A stretch of 55,771 bases of DNA, the filler included, from Sphacelaria rigidula (lineage: Eukaryota): the NCBI GenBank assembly GCA_964200075.2. It is 5 parts of 5 records of this genome, joined end to end, with 100 filler letters (N's around TTAATTAATTAA, not from the genome) between each part and the next. Parts side by side here need not be neighbours in the genome. Positions count along the whole stretch, not along the records: positions 22,350 to 33,423 come from CAXNAA020005427.1; positions 33,524 to 44,597 come from CAXNAA020005428.1; 3 more parts are not named here. One strand, given 5' to 3'. Of the stretch, positions 24,658 to 37,600 are shown one piece after another. The notes beneath the pieces were generated by a model, which saw only the letters and a program-made list of their open reading frames with translations, was not told where the DNA came from and searched no databases. A program made the translations under genes and the position numbers. Numbering within the stretch: the first letter of the stretch is position 1; the number at the start of each line of letters is the position of its first letter.

Positions 24658-25355
24658 CGCCGGATGTTATGGTGCACAGATTTTTGGCCCACGGATTGTT
24701 CACTTCTGGGACCTTTGACAAAAAACAATTACCCCCAAGCAGGGAAAATTTCCAACATACGCCTTGGACACTTTGCATCACCCCACAGAGAGGAGCTTAG
24801 CCTGTTTTTCAAATTTCCTCGGCTACGAGGTTTCGAGATTGGCCGCTGAACAAAAAATCGTGCGCAAAAATTTGTGCTTGCCAACCCCCGCCAGTTTGCC
24901 CAATAATCTGTGGAGACCGCCGTAGATTTTGTTGCACACGGATTATTGTTCAGCGACCGCCTCCGAAACCTTGCAAGGGTAGGTAGAGTAGAGCATACTC
25001 AATTGCGGGGTATTTTGAAAGTCGTACCTAAAGGACACAACGTGGTGGCAGGGTTCCAGGAATCACTTTCCAGCTATTTTTGGGGTACGACTCCCAACAA
25101 TCTACCCTGACTTTTGAGTACCCCAAGTACGTCTTTCAAAATACCCCGCATTTGAGTATATTCTACTCGACCTGCCCTTGAAACCTTGGAGCCAAGCGAA
25201 TCTGAAAAGCAGGCGAGCTTCCTCTTTGTGCGGTGATGCAAAGTGTCCAAGGCGTATGTTGGCGATTTTCCCTGTTTGGGGGTCAAAAAGTGGCTCAAAC
25301 GTCCCACAAGTGAACAATCCGTGGGCCAAAAATCTGTGTGCCATAATATCCGACC
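24658..25355. mobile_element. PIF/Harbinger-like foldback MITE
   Basis: TIRs of about 200 bp starting (c)gccggatgttatgg / ccataatatccgacc. 3-bp TSD TGA (24655-57, 25356-58). Confidence 0.8.
24974..25180. mobile_element. 207-bp MITE with the same termini as 3605-4865 (P/hAT-like)
   Basis: TIR caagggtaggtagagtaga.. / ..tctactcgacctgcccttg. Perfect 8-bp TSD AAACCTTG. Confidence 0.9.
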
Positions 25356-26624
25356 TGAGTTGGCGCAATTTCCTGAAAACTGGGTAGTGATTATCGCCAT
25401 TGACTCATGGAAATTAAAGAATATACATTTCCGTCTCCAATTGTTTTTCAAAAACATGCCCTGTTCTTCCTCTCTATCAAATTGAAAGATTAACTCTTCA
25501 AATTCAGCCTCGACGGGGTCTGCGAACCACTTATTCGTTTCGAGACCGACCCAGCCTGTATCGATCGGGGTTTCATTCAGACTAAAGTCTGAGTGCCATC
25601 TCCGTACGGTACAGGAATTACTACACATGGTGGATAATCAACGAACGGAAAAAAACAAACAGAATTTTGAGCGCATGGACATCTTCCCCTTGATTGGACG
25701 CTATGGCATGCATCATCATGAGTACACCCTTGATTGGACAACTGATGCGATATGCGGATCACGGCCCAACTTGTCCGTCTCGATGAGATGTAATATTATT
25801 GTTTTGAGCACTCAAACCCGTGTCTAGGCTGGACCAAGTCGTACTTTGGTAGCCGATATGAGTGAAGAAAAATATTTCACCATCTCTGATGTCTGGCCGA
25901 GAAATTTTGATCTCTTCTTATTTTGGCCATTTCTTACTCTCAGCTCAGCAATTCCTTCATGTTATTTACGAACTTTCGTCGCACAATATGGATTGATATT
26001 ATGTTGTTCCATTTCTTACGATGTTCCGTCCGGTTGGCATAATAATTTCTTCCGGCATATTTATTCTTGGGTTTTCGACAATCTGAGCCTCGATTTCTTC
26101 CGAATACATTTCTCATGAGCGGACCGGCACTGTGTTCACTGTAAAGACACAAGAGCACAAAAACCTGCAATCAAATGGGAAGGTGCTTGCGACAATCGCA
26201 GTAGTGCTGTAGCCTGTAGACATATGCTCCAGTGTTGATCCCTTTGGCTGGATAATGACAAGCGTGCTTGTGAATATTCGGGCGTGAGAACGGCGGCTGG
26301 AGTCACCTGATCATGCAGCATACAGTAAGGTGGACCTGTCTACCGACGTTTGTTACCGTTTCAATCCACTGGTTCCCATTGGCGTTTGTGGAAATATTAT
26401 TGGCAAAAGGAACTCCAAGCCCGATATTGAATACGAGCTCGGCCAGCTTGAAGATGGACCTCACGAAATCTCTATTTCGCGCCTTATTTTCTAGAGTAGT
26501 TCCTGCTTCGAAACAATCATGGTGAAGTACCCAAGAAAAGCTGAATGATAAAATGCACGACACATCTTACTATTTTTCCCGCCGTCATCAATAGTGATAC
26601 GCACGAACAAGATTAAGAAAAATG

Positions 26625-27182
26625 CAAGGTTGTGCTCTGTAGGGTACGGTTTCCTGTATACTCGGAGTATTTTCTCGGCTATTTACCGTACCCGACTCTT
26701 TCATACCGGTAACCGACAGTTCTTCTGTAAAGTCTGTTAGACTTTCATACCCTTGCCTGACAGTTTTGTCAGTTCTGTAAGCCTTTCATACCGTTACCGG
26801 GGGCATGGGTATCCTCTTGATAAGATACCTGGTTGCGGGTACGGTTTTCTGTGCAGCTTCCATACCCTGCGCGGCAGTTTCTGTGAGTTTTGTACGCCTC
26901 CCATACCCTTGCCTGACAGTTCTGTGAGTTCTGTACGTAATCACGCCCGTACCCGGAGCGCGGGCATGCCCTCGAAGAAATACCCGATTGCTGGTACGGG
27001 TTTCTGTAAGCCTCCCGTACAGAACCCGACAGTTGTGAAATTTCTGTAAGACTTTCAAACCGGCACCCGACACTTGTGTAATTTCTGTAAGACGTTCATA
27101 GCGGTACCCGTTACTTCTGTAAGTTCTGTAAGGAATCCCATACCCTACAGAACATACCCGTACCCTACACAACACAACCATG
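26625..27182. mobile_element. 558-bp TIR element (P/hAT-like) with ttctgtaag subrepeats
   Basis: TIR ca(a/t)ggttgtg..tgtagggtacgg. 8-bp TSD gaaaaat(g/c) with 7/8 match. Confidence 0.85.
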
Positions 27183-27617
27183 GAAAAATCCATCACTCAC
27201 ACTTCGACTTTACTTTTTTCATGTGTTGAGGCCAGGAACCAAAAACCGTTTTTCGCTAGCGTCCTCAACTCATGACAAAAAAGACGGGCACAACGTGCCT
27301 TTTATGTGTTGCCCTCGTGATATTCCATATAAACCAAGTTTCAAAGCACAACTCTCAGAACTGGGATTCGAAACCCTATATGCGTTCCTCTTCGCGTGAT
27401 ACCGTTTCTTGCCGTGAGTATTTTGGGGCGTATTGTGCATATTCTTATGTGATGCTTAGCATGGTGTTTGGCTCCAGGGAATGTCGCCATCACACGCGTG
27501 AGGCACTTTGTTTGCGCCACCCCACCTAAAAACACTACAGATATCGTATTATTTTTTCAAGCTTTATTTTGTTTTGAGGGCCATTCTCTAAACCTCGGGG
27601 CCGAGGGAATCGGAATA

Positions 27618-27923
27618 CAACAGCCGATTATCCATTCTCAGGATGGAGCTTTTTATCGAGGAAGGTAACCCGGAACATGAAAATCTTCGCATTCACATCA
27701 ATTCTTCGACATGTGGTGCCATTCCTTCGTGTGCTAATATTCCCAATTTTTCTTCTTCACAAAAGACCCCAAATTTCGGTAATCGGGATCCAGTTTTTTA
27801 TGGCGTGTAGTAATTGTCAACAGCTACCAGCAGACGAAGGAATAAATTCATATCTCGAAGAATTGGTGTCGATGAGTCAAGTTCATATTTACGGGTTATC
27901 ATCCTCGATAAAACGCTCCATAC
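27618..27923. mobile_element. Foldback MITE whose right TIR is split by the Gypsy element (remainder at 33134-33160)
   Basis: caacagccgattatcc..ggatggagctttttatcgagg is inverted to cctcgataaaacgctccatac|LTR...LTR|gtcctcgaagtgaatgatcggctgtta. TA flanks. Confidence 0.75.
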
Positions 27924-28178
27924 TGTAGCCAAATGATCCCAAGCCGTAAGGTTTCAGTAGAATCGCACGCATGATTGGAGCAGTGGCAGGGTACAGGTGG
28001 ATCCTGGATTGATGGCCCTTTTCTGTGTGGCCCCTTGCTGTCTGGCTTGTGGTTTGTTGGGGATAATTCCGAGATAATAACAAGTTTGAAGAAAGGGCTT
28101 GTCGAGCACGAGGCCAGTGATACTGGAGGAGTCCCTCGTTGAAAGTCCTCTTGTCCAGATCGTCTGGCAGAGGCCATA
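27924..28178 (+). repeat. 5' LTR
   Basis: Direct repeat of 32881-33133. Confidence 0.9.
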
Positions 28179-28530
28179 ATATCTAGATATTATTCTCGGC
28201 ACTCCGTTGGAGGAGTTTGGCTGAGGAAAACGGATCGCAGCTGGAAGCAGTTTGACCCGCAGCGGATGGAGATCAACTCGAAGGGCACAGCGGTGGAGGA
28301 TGCTCCGTGGGCTGGAGAACGCACAAGTCAGGCAATAATCTTTTCGTGAGGTGCTTGAATCCTAGACGACATGGCTCAAGTAGCGGCAGCGCCGCTGGTG
28401 TGAGGTCAGCCGCCTGATCCGCCAAAGTATGGCGAGGTGTGGACCGAGGAAGCATCACGAGTTTTTTGCGCCGCTCATCTCGACTACGAAGAGCGTTTGT
28501 ACCTTGCAAATGCGCAAGGAGTTGTAAGGC

Positions 28531-31500
28531 ATGCTAGAATTAGCACCGGACAACTCATCATGCATGTATTTGTGCTTTGACAGCATGTACAAGGACCGTC
28601 GTACTATGACTCCCGAGGAATTGCTAGATGCTGTGAAGCAGCATGCCGGGTACACCACAACCGGTGGCAAACATGATACTGCGCGGGCTGCAGCAGACCT
28701 GCGTCAAGAGCTTACAACGCAGCGAGGCGGTGGAACATCCGTCAAGGATCGAGCGATGATGGTGAACTCATCAATGGAAATGGGTTTTGCTGAAAATCTC
28801 ACGGTGCAAGCCATGTACCGTGCAGAGGACAAAAGCTGGCTGATAGGCCCGGCCGAGTCGGTTTCCACAGCATTGGTGGACGGGATTTCGCCTCCGGCTC
28901 AAGGCGTACGTCAGAAGCGTACTCACATATGTAGACGGCTGGAAAAACAATCCGACCGTGGTGTTCAGCAAGATATTTGACGCCGCCGACCACTGGAAGT
29001 TCGTTGGGGCGCATGGCCGGCGCGACTCTGTGGCAAGTGCAGGCGGTGCGCGCCGCAAACAACAACAGCAACAGAAACAGCAGCCGTCTTCGCGAGCGTT
29101 GTCCACTCGCGCATGTTACAACCCAGGCGACAACGGACACCTGATCAAGGACTGCCCCAAGCCTCGCGCTCACGGCGCTGGTCAAGGAAATGCGCGAGAC
29201 GCCATGGTGGACGGAGGCATGCCAACCATGGACGCGGGCGCGCCGGCCCGGCAGAAAGCAAGCGACGGCGGATGCTGGTTCCTCGACTGCTTTTTCTTCG
29301 GCTACGTCATCAAGTGGCGACTCTGGATCTCCACGTTCGTTCGTGTTGGGGCGGACAGTGTACGTGGGGGGTGCAAATACTTCGGTGGGGGGTGCTGGAG
29401 CGAACCGTTTGCAACCCTCGGCCAGGCAGGATCCGTGTCGGGTGCATCTTTCTCTGCTGCGACGGCTGTAACAGCGCCGTCTGCATATTCGGCGACGTGG
29501 CCTGGGTGGACCGCCGATTCTCACTTATGGATGCCAAGTACTGGAGCGCAGCCCTGGCGTCAGGCGACTCCTGGTACCGACCAGGGTTCTTCGGCAGGTG
29601 TGGTGCCTGTCGATGGTAAGGCAGAGTGTTTACGCGCAGATCGTTTCCTGCCTGGTTCCGTACATTCGCTCATGGCCAGTGCTATTCTGGATTCAGGGTC
29701 CGCGCTCACGCCGATCGGTGTTGGGTTGCTAGAACAAATGTCTCCGCAGTTTGGCGGCGCTCAGCTGCAGATTCCGTTTGAAAATGGACCGCAAAGGGCA
29801 CAGACCGCCACGGGTGCTCCCGTGACGGTTACATATAAAGCGGTGCCGATTGCTGTGGGCGTGCGTACGCCATGGGGGGCTGTGAAGTTGCAGCCCATCA
29901 CTTTCGCTGTCATGCCCGGTAGGGACCACGTACTTCTATTTGGGATGGCGACGATGAAGAATAAGTTACGCCCGCGTGCTGTGCCGGTGCAAACCGGCGT
30001 GGAAAACTCCAGCTCTGTGGCTATGAGGCGTATGACCGTATCCATACGCTCGTTTCAGAGAGCCAATGAGGAGGAGGCTCCTGCAGATGAAGCGGGGGTG
30101 CGCTAGATTGATCGGGGGCCCGACATGTTCATGGACCCTGGGGAGGAGAGAGGTGCCCGAGAACGTGCGCTAGAGGATGAGTGTGGTAAGGTGCACTTAT
30201 GTGGGAAGGTGTACTGCAAGGGTACTGTTTCGCATGATCCCGTCCGTATCCAAGGTTTGAGTAACACGCGACGTTCCCAAACCGCTAGTGAGCTGATGCA
30301 GTTTCTGCAGGCGGTGAATTGGTTGCATGCTTCGCTCCCGTGCATGGCGGAAGTAGTTGCGCCGCTTCGGGTGTGTTTGGAACAACTTATGGTCAGGGCT
30401 TCGCGTCGGACCAAGCGGGTGGCGCGTAATCGTATCATCCCGGAGGGCGCTTGGACGGAGGATCGTGTGCGGGCATGGCGTGCTGCGCAAGATTCGGTGG
30501 CGCAAGCGGTGCCGCTGTATCATCCTCGTCCAGGGTGCATTGTTCTGATGTTTCTAGATGCTTCGGATTTCCACTGGGGTAGTTTTTCAACGCAAGTACC
30601 TGTCGCTGAGTTTAGTAGTGGCATTGCGCTCGAACACATGTCACATGAACCGTTGGCTTTCCTGATTTGTAGCTTGAAGGATTCACCGTTGCGGTGGGCG
30701 ACAGTGGACAAGGGGTGTTTCGCGATAGTCAATACATTTCGAAGGCTAGAGTACTTGCTTTGGGGTGGTGTTCGCATTTCTACCGATCATCGCATTCTGA
30801 AAAACATTTTTAGCCTGAAGAGTGTGTCACATCGGTGACAAAGGCCACGTCGCGACGACTTGAAATTAGAAAGGAGTGCTCGGCCAATATCGGTACAGTA
30901 TCCCATCGAACACATCCCTGAAGAGCGCCGTTGTTGGGGAGATTTGTTGTCTCGCTGGGTGAAGGTTCCTACCGTGCCTCTTCGTTCTGTTGCTGTGTAC
31001 AGCCCGTGTGATGCTGATGATTCGCTGCCCTCATTAGAAGCCATTCGTGCCGCGCAGCGCAAACCAGTCGGCGACGGTGTTCATTCTTTCCCTACGACTT
31101 TCGGTCAAGCTAACTTGGCTGACGATGGTTTGTTTCGCGTGCGTGTTGGCAGTAGTGATGTTTTGTGAATTCCGTCGGATGATGAGGCTCAAATACCTTG
31201 CTTGATGGTGTGCGTTCACATGCGTTCGGTTGGTCACCCTGGTGTGGCCCCGACTCTGTTTCGTTTGAAAGAATATTGTGTGTGGCCTCGCATGGTTTCC
31301 CACGTTCGTGGGTTCGTTCGCCAGTGTTTGCATTGTGTAAACACTCGTGCTGGTGAGATTGTACCTCGTTCGTATGGCGATACTGTGCATGGTACTGCGC
31401 CAGGTGAGGTTGTTCACTTTGATTTTCTGTACGTCGGAAGTAGCGGACCTGAAGGTGCTCATGATTTGCCTGATGAGGGTGGTTTTTGGTACGTTTTGGT

Positions 31501-32700
31501 TATCATGGATGATATGCCCAATTTCGTTTGGTTGGAGCCGACCGAAGCTTGCACCGCCGAGGTTACGGCAAAAATACGGGATCTTACAAATTGGGGATGG
31601 ATAATTTATTGGGGATAAGAAACCCGGAGGATTGAAATCTTCGTATCCGCACCAAACATTCGAAATATAGTTCCATTTCTTCACCTACTGATAGCTCTTG
31701 ACAACTGCTACACGCCACAGGAATTTGGATTTTGATCACCGAAATGTTGGGGTCCTAGGTAAAAAATACCATTTTAGCTATCAGCAGGTGAAGAAATGGA
31801 ACTATATTTCGAATATTTGGTGCGGATGCGAAGATTTTAATCCTCCGGGTTTCTCATCCCCAACAAATGATCCATTCCCAATTTGTACGATCACGTGTTC
31901 TAACCACTTTCCCAATTGATGCAAGACTTCGGGGGTGCCGCGTGTGTGGGTTAGTGATACCGCCACGCACTTCAAGAATCGAGTAATCGCCCAGCTGAGC
32001 GACGCGCTCAAGGTACAACACCAATTTGCTACAGCGTATACCCCTTTGGTCGGATGGTGCTTGTGAACGCATGGTGAAAGAGGTTGGTCGTGCGTTGCGG
32101 TCCATTTTGTCAGAAGAAAGACGGCTGGTGTCTGATTGGGACGATGTTCTGCCAGCCGCTCAGTGGGCGTCGATTACTTCTTTCTTTTCGTGCGCGCTAC
32201 CGTAACACTCCGTATTGTGCGATGTTCGGGCGTGCGCCGCGTACAGCGTTTTCCGCGCTGGTTTCCGTCACTGGCGGCGAGTGAAACGTCGACGTCATGG
32301 TTACTGATACGTTGCGTGACAAGGTTCGAGGCTGTGATGCTCATCTATGCAGTTGGAGATTTCGTCTTGTATGCCCGTGTTGGCAGGCAAGGTGTGACGC
32401 CGAACTTGACGTCCACATAGACAGGTCCGTGGCGAGTGGTCGGAGGCGATCACGCTCACGTGTGTTCGATATAGAATACTGTTGCTGGCGCCGTACACTC
32501 GGCCCATGTCGCTCGTTTACGTTCCTATGCTGACTCTCAGTTGCACATCATTGCGGGACTAAAAGATGTATTTCAGCATTCGTATGCTCAAGGTGAACGT
32601 CGGATGAATACTTAGATGGACGTCGCTGAGGGTGACAATGGCGATGTCATCGTTTTGGTCGATTGGGATGGGCTCGGTGCTGAAGAACGCACGTGGTAGT
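28531..32700 (+). pseudogene. gag-pol pseudogene of the Gypsy element
   Basis: Fragmented ORFs 28531-28980, 28958-30106, 30125-30838, 30860-31168 and 31202-31571, with the integrase resuming after 31900. Confidence 0.88.
31572..31900. mobile_element. Foldback MITE inserted in the integrase core
   Basis: Inverted arms of about 125 bp (tacaaattggggatgga...tccattcccaatttgta). The integrase reads TAEVTA before it and NH..CKTSGVPRVWVSD after it. Confidence 0.9.
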
Positions 32701-32880
32701 CATTCTTCTGCGCCTGAATTCGTTTTGAAAGAACTGCGTAAACTGCGGTTGACTCGGGCGCTGACAAGTAAATTAGCGTCGGAGTATGGTATTTCTTTGT
32801 GATCTGGCGCATGCGATTTCGCCTTGGTTTTTGTTGGTTGTCAAGCTCGTTCGTTTGTCTTGAACTCGCTTTGAGGATGC

Positions 32881-33133
32881 TGTAGCCAAATGATACCAGC
32901 CGTAAGGTTTCAGTATAATCGCATGCATGATTGGGGCAGTGGCAGGGGACAGGGGATCCTGGATTGATGGCCTTTATTTGTGTGGCCCCTTGCTGTCTGG
33001 CTCGTGATCTGTTGAGGAGCACTGCGAGACAATAACAAGTTAGAAGAAAAGACTTGTCGAGCACGAGGCAAGTGATACTGGAGGAATCCCTCGTTGAAAT
33101 TCCTCTTGTCCAGATTGTCTGGCAGAGGCTATG
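32881..33133 (+). repeat. 3' LTR
   Basis: Direct repeat of 27924-28178. Confidence 0.9.
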
Positions 33134-33423
33134 GTCCTCGAAGTGAATGATCGGCTGTTATATGAGCTATACTCTTGGCGCGGCAATGCAAATTGTCCGG
33201 AAAGTGTGATGGTGATATTCCCTGTTTGGGCGAGGGTCTGTGGAGTGAAAATGTCTGGGCGGAAACGTAGACCCCGAAAAAACAATTGTGTGTCTTGAGG
33301 GGGGAATGGAGCGTTGGGAAGTTGGGGAAGGGGGGGGTGCTCATGATGTTGCATGCCATAGTCATATGACCGTTGACCTCGCATCCCTACAAAGCCGGGA
33401 CGGAGCACGCTGGGTTTTCGCCG

Positions 33424-33523
33424 NNNNNNNNNNNNNNNNNNNNNNNNNNNNNNNNNNNNNNNNNNNNTTAATTAATTAANNNNNNNNNNNNNNNNNNNNN
33501 NNNNNNNNNNNNNNNNNNNNNNN
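33424..33523. other. Artificial contig spacer
   Basis: N44-TTAATTAATTAA-N44. Confidence 0.98.
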
Positions 33524-33551
33524 ACCAGGCAGTAGGGGGGGGGGGGCTTGC

Positions 33552-33639
33552 CTTTCCCACTTGTCGCTCTTTGTGCCGCCCATGATTTCCATGTAGTCCT
33601 GAGAGAACTTAAACGGAGCAGATTCGTGATTCCACCATC
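33552..33639 (-). CDS. PI4-kinase exon (GWWNHESAPFKFSQDYMEIMGGTKSDKWE)
   Basis: ESAPFK motif. The AG acceptor is in phase with the upstream exon. Probable GC donor (AG|GCAAG). Confidence 0.88.
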
Positions 33640-34356
33640 CTACGGGCACACGAGGGGAAATGTACAAGGAGAGCAAGGACCCAACGACGAAAATGGCACC
33701 GATGAAAGTAACGCAAAAATCATAATGAAATGACAAAATGGCTGTAGCGGGAAAATATGTTGAAAAAATGAGCCCCCTTACGGATTGATAGAAATACGAA
33801 AATAGAAAAAGCAAATGCCACCGATGCACAAGAAGAGATGAAATACTACGTACCACCATTTCAACCGCGGGTGCGAGGAGGCTACGGAACAAGCCCTCCT
33901 ACACGCCCTTGCCACCCCCCCTGTCTATTCCCCCTCCCCCCTTCCCGCTAAAAACACGCACATAAAGGTACTCTTCTTCAAACGTTTGACTCCACAGCGA
34001 TGCATGCTGTGCACCGAATGGGCTCGCCGCAAAACTGGCAAATCTGATTATCCGAGGCTATGCGTTTCGAACGGCGCCCTTTCCATTAATATCCACTTCG
34101 TACTTTTGCCCTCTCAAACACATCCTCATCCTCGTCACGAGTCTGTCGCCTCAATGGATCAACCCATGACATCTACGGCACTCACATGGCACTTCACAAC
34201 GTAGCAGTGGATGATGACCACTCCCACACCACGTGTACTGTCACCGAATTTCGCTAACTTTGCCAACTTCCGTTGTCACGTTTAAGGTCGGATGAAGGCA
34301 GCCAGAACAACAACTTTTCTTGTCGGAATCGATTCGAACCGACGAGGCCCTCCCTA

Positions 34357-34638
<282 letters not shown>

Positions 34639-37600
34639 TTACAATTTTACCACGGCGATGGATAGTCTTGGGCGTACTTTCCAAGGTACGTATCTCCACC
34701 GCGTCCCACGACGCTCTGCGTAAAGCATTTGACCGAGCACCGCGTTTACCAGGGCTAACCACTTTTCACCGGTAAAGATAGGATAGATCCCTTCCTTGCC
34801 CGAGGGTTCTCGGGCCCGCCGTCGTTAGAGTTTTAGTTATGGATAACGCTTAACGATAGCGCTGGATTGCGGCATTGCGTCACCACTCATGAATATTAGG
34901 ATATGCATCAAAAATACGCCCCGAAACATTTCATCGCGTTTCTTCCGGCATATCTTGTTCGACGCACGGGGCGCCTTGAAAATAGGAGCTAGCCCCCTTA
35001 GTTCCTCGGGAAGCGGCCGGAAAATACTGTTACTTGGATGCTGAAAATTCTGCATGTGTAGGAAAAAAGGAAGGATACAGAAGACTTGACCAAGGGTGTC
35101 TTAGAAATGACCAAGGGTGTCTACAAAGTGGCGAAGGGTGTGCAAGAAACTACCAAGCCAGTGTTGTGGCACCAAGCACGTTTGCCATGGGCTCAGCAGC
35201 GCAGAGACTCATTCGGATAATATATAAAATGACGTCGTATGTGTACCGTAGCGGGTGTACGCTGCCGAATCTATGCCTGCATGGGTTCCATGAAACCCGT
35301 CGTTCCGAAGCCGAGACATGAAAAATCATCAGTGTCGGCGTATAGAGAAAATATGGTAGCCTGTGAGTTGTCATCGTGAAATCATGTTTTCCCAGTGAAC
35401 ATGTGGTTTTGGGTATTGAGTGTTTCGTGCCTATTTTAAATCGATATTCGATATGTCCCGCATCGAGTACATCGAGCCGGGTGCAGAAACACGAAACCAC
35501 CTGGTACTGAATACATGCTACAGGAGCTTCGACAAAATTTATTGCCTGTATGAACACTTACAGGCTCGCCATCGCCACGATTCACACAGGCATATCTCCC
35601 AAAATACTCTCAATGCTTTACAAGCAAAGCCGTAAAAGCCGCACTGTTGTACGCGTGCTTTGGCCTGTGGAGTACAGGGGATAGGGAAATGGGGAAGCAG
35701 TGAAATGCACACGCTCCAACCCAACACCAGGGCATGGCATCTAATCTCTGCGGTTCAGTGGAAGTAGTTTCAACCATCGGCGAAACAAAGGGAGTAGCAG
35801 AAGCTACTAGTACAGATGGCTTCCGTGGGCGTGGTGAAAAACGGACATCCTTGTTGCTCGGTGTGTGATTAAGGAGTGACGGGTGGGCGGGTCAAGGTGC
35901 ACAGTACGCAGAGCGTGACAAGATTTCAAATATTCGAAACTGGCAGGTTTGGGAAGTTCGCACCAGTGACTAATAACAAAACGCCTCCTCATTTTGCCGG
36001 GGAGGACCAGGGTACAAGAGGAAAAATGCCGACAAATAGCCGATCGATGCCACGTGTCCACCGCGCTCCCCTTGTCTAGGTCCTACTCAACTCGTACCGA
36101 TCGACAGTCCCCAGCTTCGGTGAGTTACAACAAGTCCCTAGTCGCGCCTTGCAGCGATGTTGTAACATGCTTGGATATTTCCAAGACACGCATAGACGCG
36201 ATATACCCATCAAGACGAATTATGAGACTTGTCTAAAAATATTTTGCCAAGTCCCCTTCTCCTACATATTCAAACGATGCGGGAATATGACACACCATGC
36301 AACATCCACCACAAGCAGCAAGATGGTGTCTGAAATTCCAGCGACGAGAATGTTTTGTCGTGTTGTAGATACTGCCGCACAGAATGGAAACAATATTTCC
36401 AGTGTCCATCGAGGTCCCATCACTTTTTCACGTTGGCGACATCACAAGATGATCATGTTTGCCTCATGAGCAGAACGTCCTGGGTTCGGCCCCGTCCCCA
36501 AAGACGCGACACACTGAAAAATCGCCCGAAACTGATCGAGTAGTGGACCGTTATGTCGTTGGTCAGGGATCAGAAAGTGATGGGATGACTAACGAGCAGA
36601 TTTCACAGAGTCACAGGAAAGTCTTCTGTGGTGATTGTTGGCCAAATATCCAAACACGCGTGGGATATATGTGAACAGGAGTACACCGTACACAAGCATC
36701 CAAGAGCGGGACGAAACATCGCTTGTCCAATCACCAAACCTACGATTTCCGAGACCTGACTGCTCGGAAGAGAGGAAAACGTTGACCGCGGGTCAAACGA
36801 AGTATTGACGCAAATTGTTTGCTATTCCACGCGCCTGTAGTGCGCGTATCCGGGGTCCCACGCAGAAAACAAAGCCAAAGGGTTGAATAGTCATTCGTGC
36901 GGTACGAATCATTTACCCTGAAAATAGGTAAGTTTTAGACGAGTCGTTATTCGTCCGAGCCTTGCAAACATCCTCACCGCCAGCCGGCGAAAAAGGTTAC
37001 CTCTACATAAAGTTTCGTCTAGCACGCATGAGGAGTATAATGAAAGGAACGGTGATCGGCGAACCGCCACATACAAGAGAAATCTCCCAAAAATGTCCTT
37101 CGAGGTCTTATCACCGTTCCCCCACGTGTTCTTCACTGCATTTGTGCACCGCCCCCGCTATTTATCCAACATGGCTATCCTTCTGAGAATCTTTCAGCTA
37201 CTGGTCAGAACAAGCGAATCAATACGCATACCCTACAATACGTGTTTCACGCCTCACTAGTGTAAGTGTTCGGCGAGGTCATCACGCGACTTCCGCTACC
37301 TACATGATGACAAAAACGAGGGATTTCCTACCATCCGACCGCGGGTATGAACTAACGGCTAGCGTGAGTGTTCCATAAACACCACCTACGTTCAACATTT
37401 CTCACACACCTCCCTATTCTTTGAAAAGTAATATTTGCCAAAGCGCACACATTGGGGACGGGAGGGGGGCGGTTTTGAAAAGCAAACATTGGTGAGCCAG
37501 CCAGCAAATTGTACACACAGAGTGACTTCATCAAAAACGTGTTCGCGCGAACGTCTGCTTTGTTTTGATTCGCGAATTTCGTATTTGTCCTCAGCAGTTG

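Larger units (their letters stand above)
23652..25841. mobile_element. Old long-TIR element hosting two nested MITEs
   Basis: Ends cgacctgggccggcctagacgcgg / ccgtgtctaggctggaccaagtcg, with inverted homology over about 200 bp. A third arm lies at about 20020-20220. No TSD resolved. Confidence 0.6.
27924..33133 (+). mobile_element. Degenerate Ty3/Gypsy LTR retrotransposon (gag-PR-deleted RT-RH-IN-chromo-like)
   Basis: LTRs 27924-28178 and 32881-33133 (TGTAGCC...GGC(c/t)A). Knuckle CYNPGDNGHLIKDCP, protease ILDSGS, RNase H FLDASD/TDHR, integrase H..H..CLHC, HFDFL, VSDTATHF, GACERM. RH precedes IN. Confidence 0.93.

Noticed and set aside
26080-26530. Coding-like minus-strand stretch with FLCSC...C..AH (SWIM-like)
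   Set aside because: Needs a frameshift and has no other recognisable motifs. Too weak to call.
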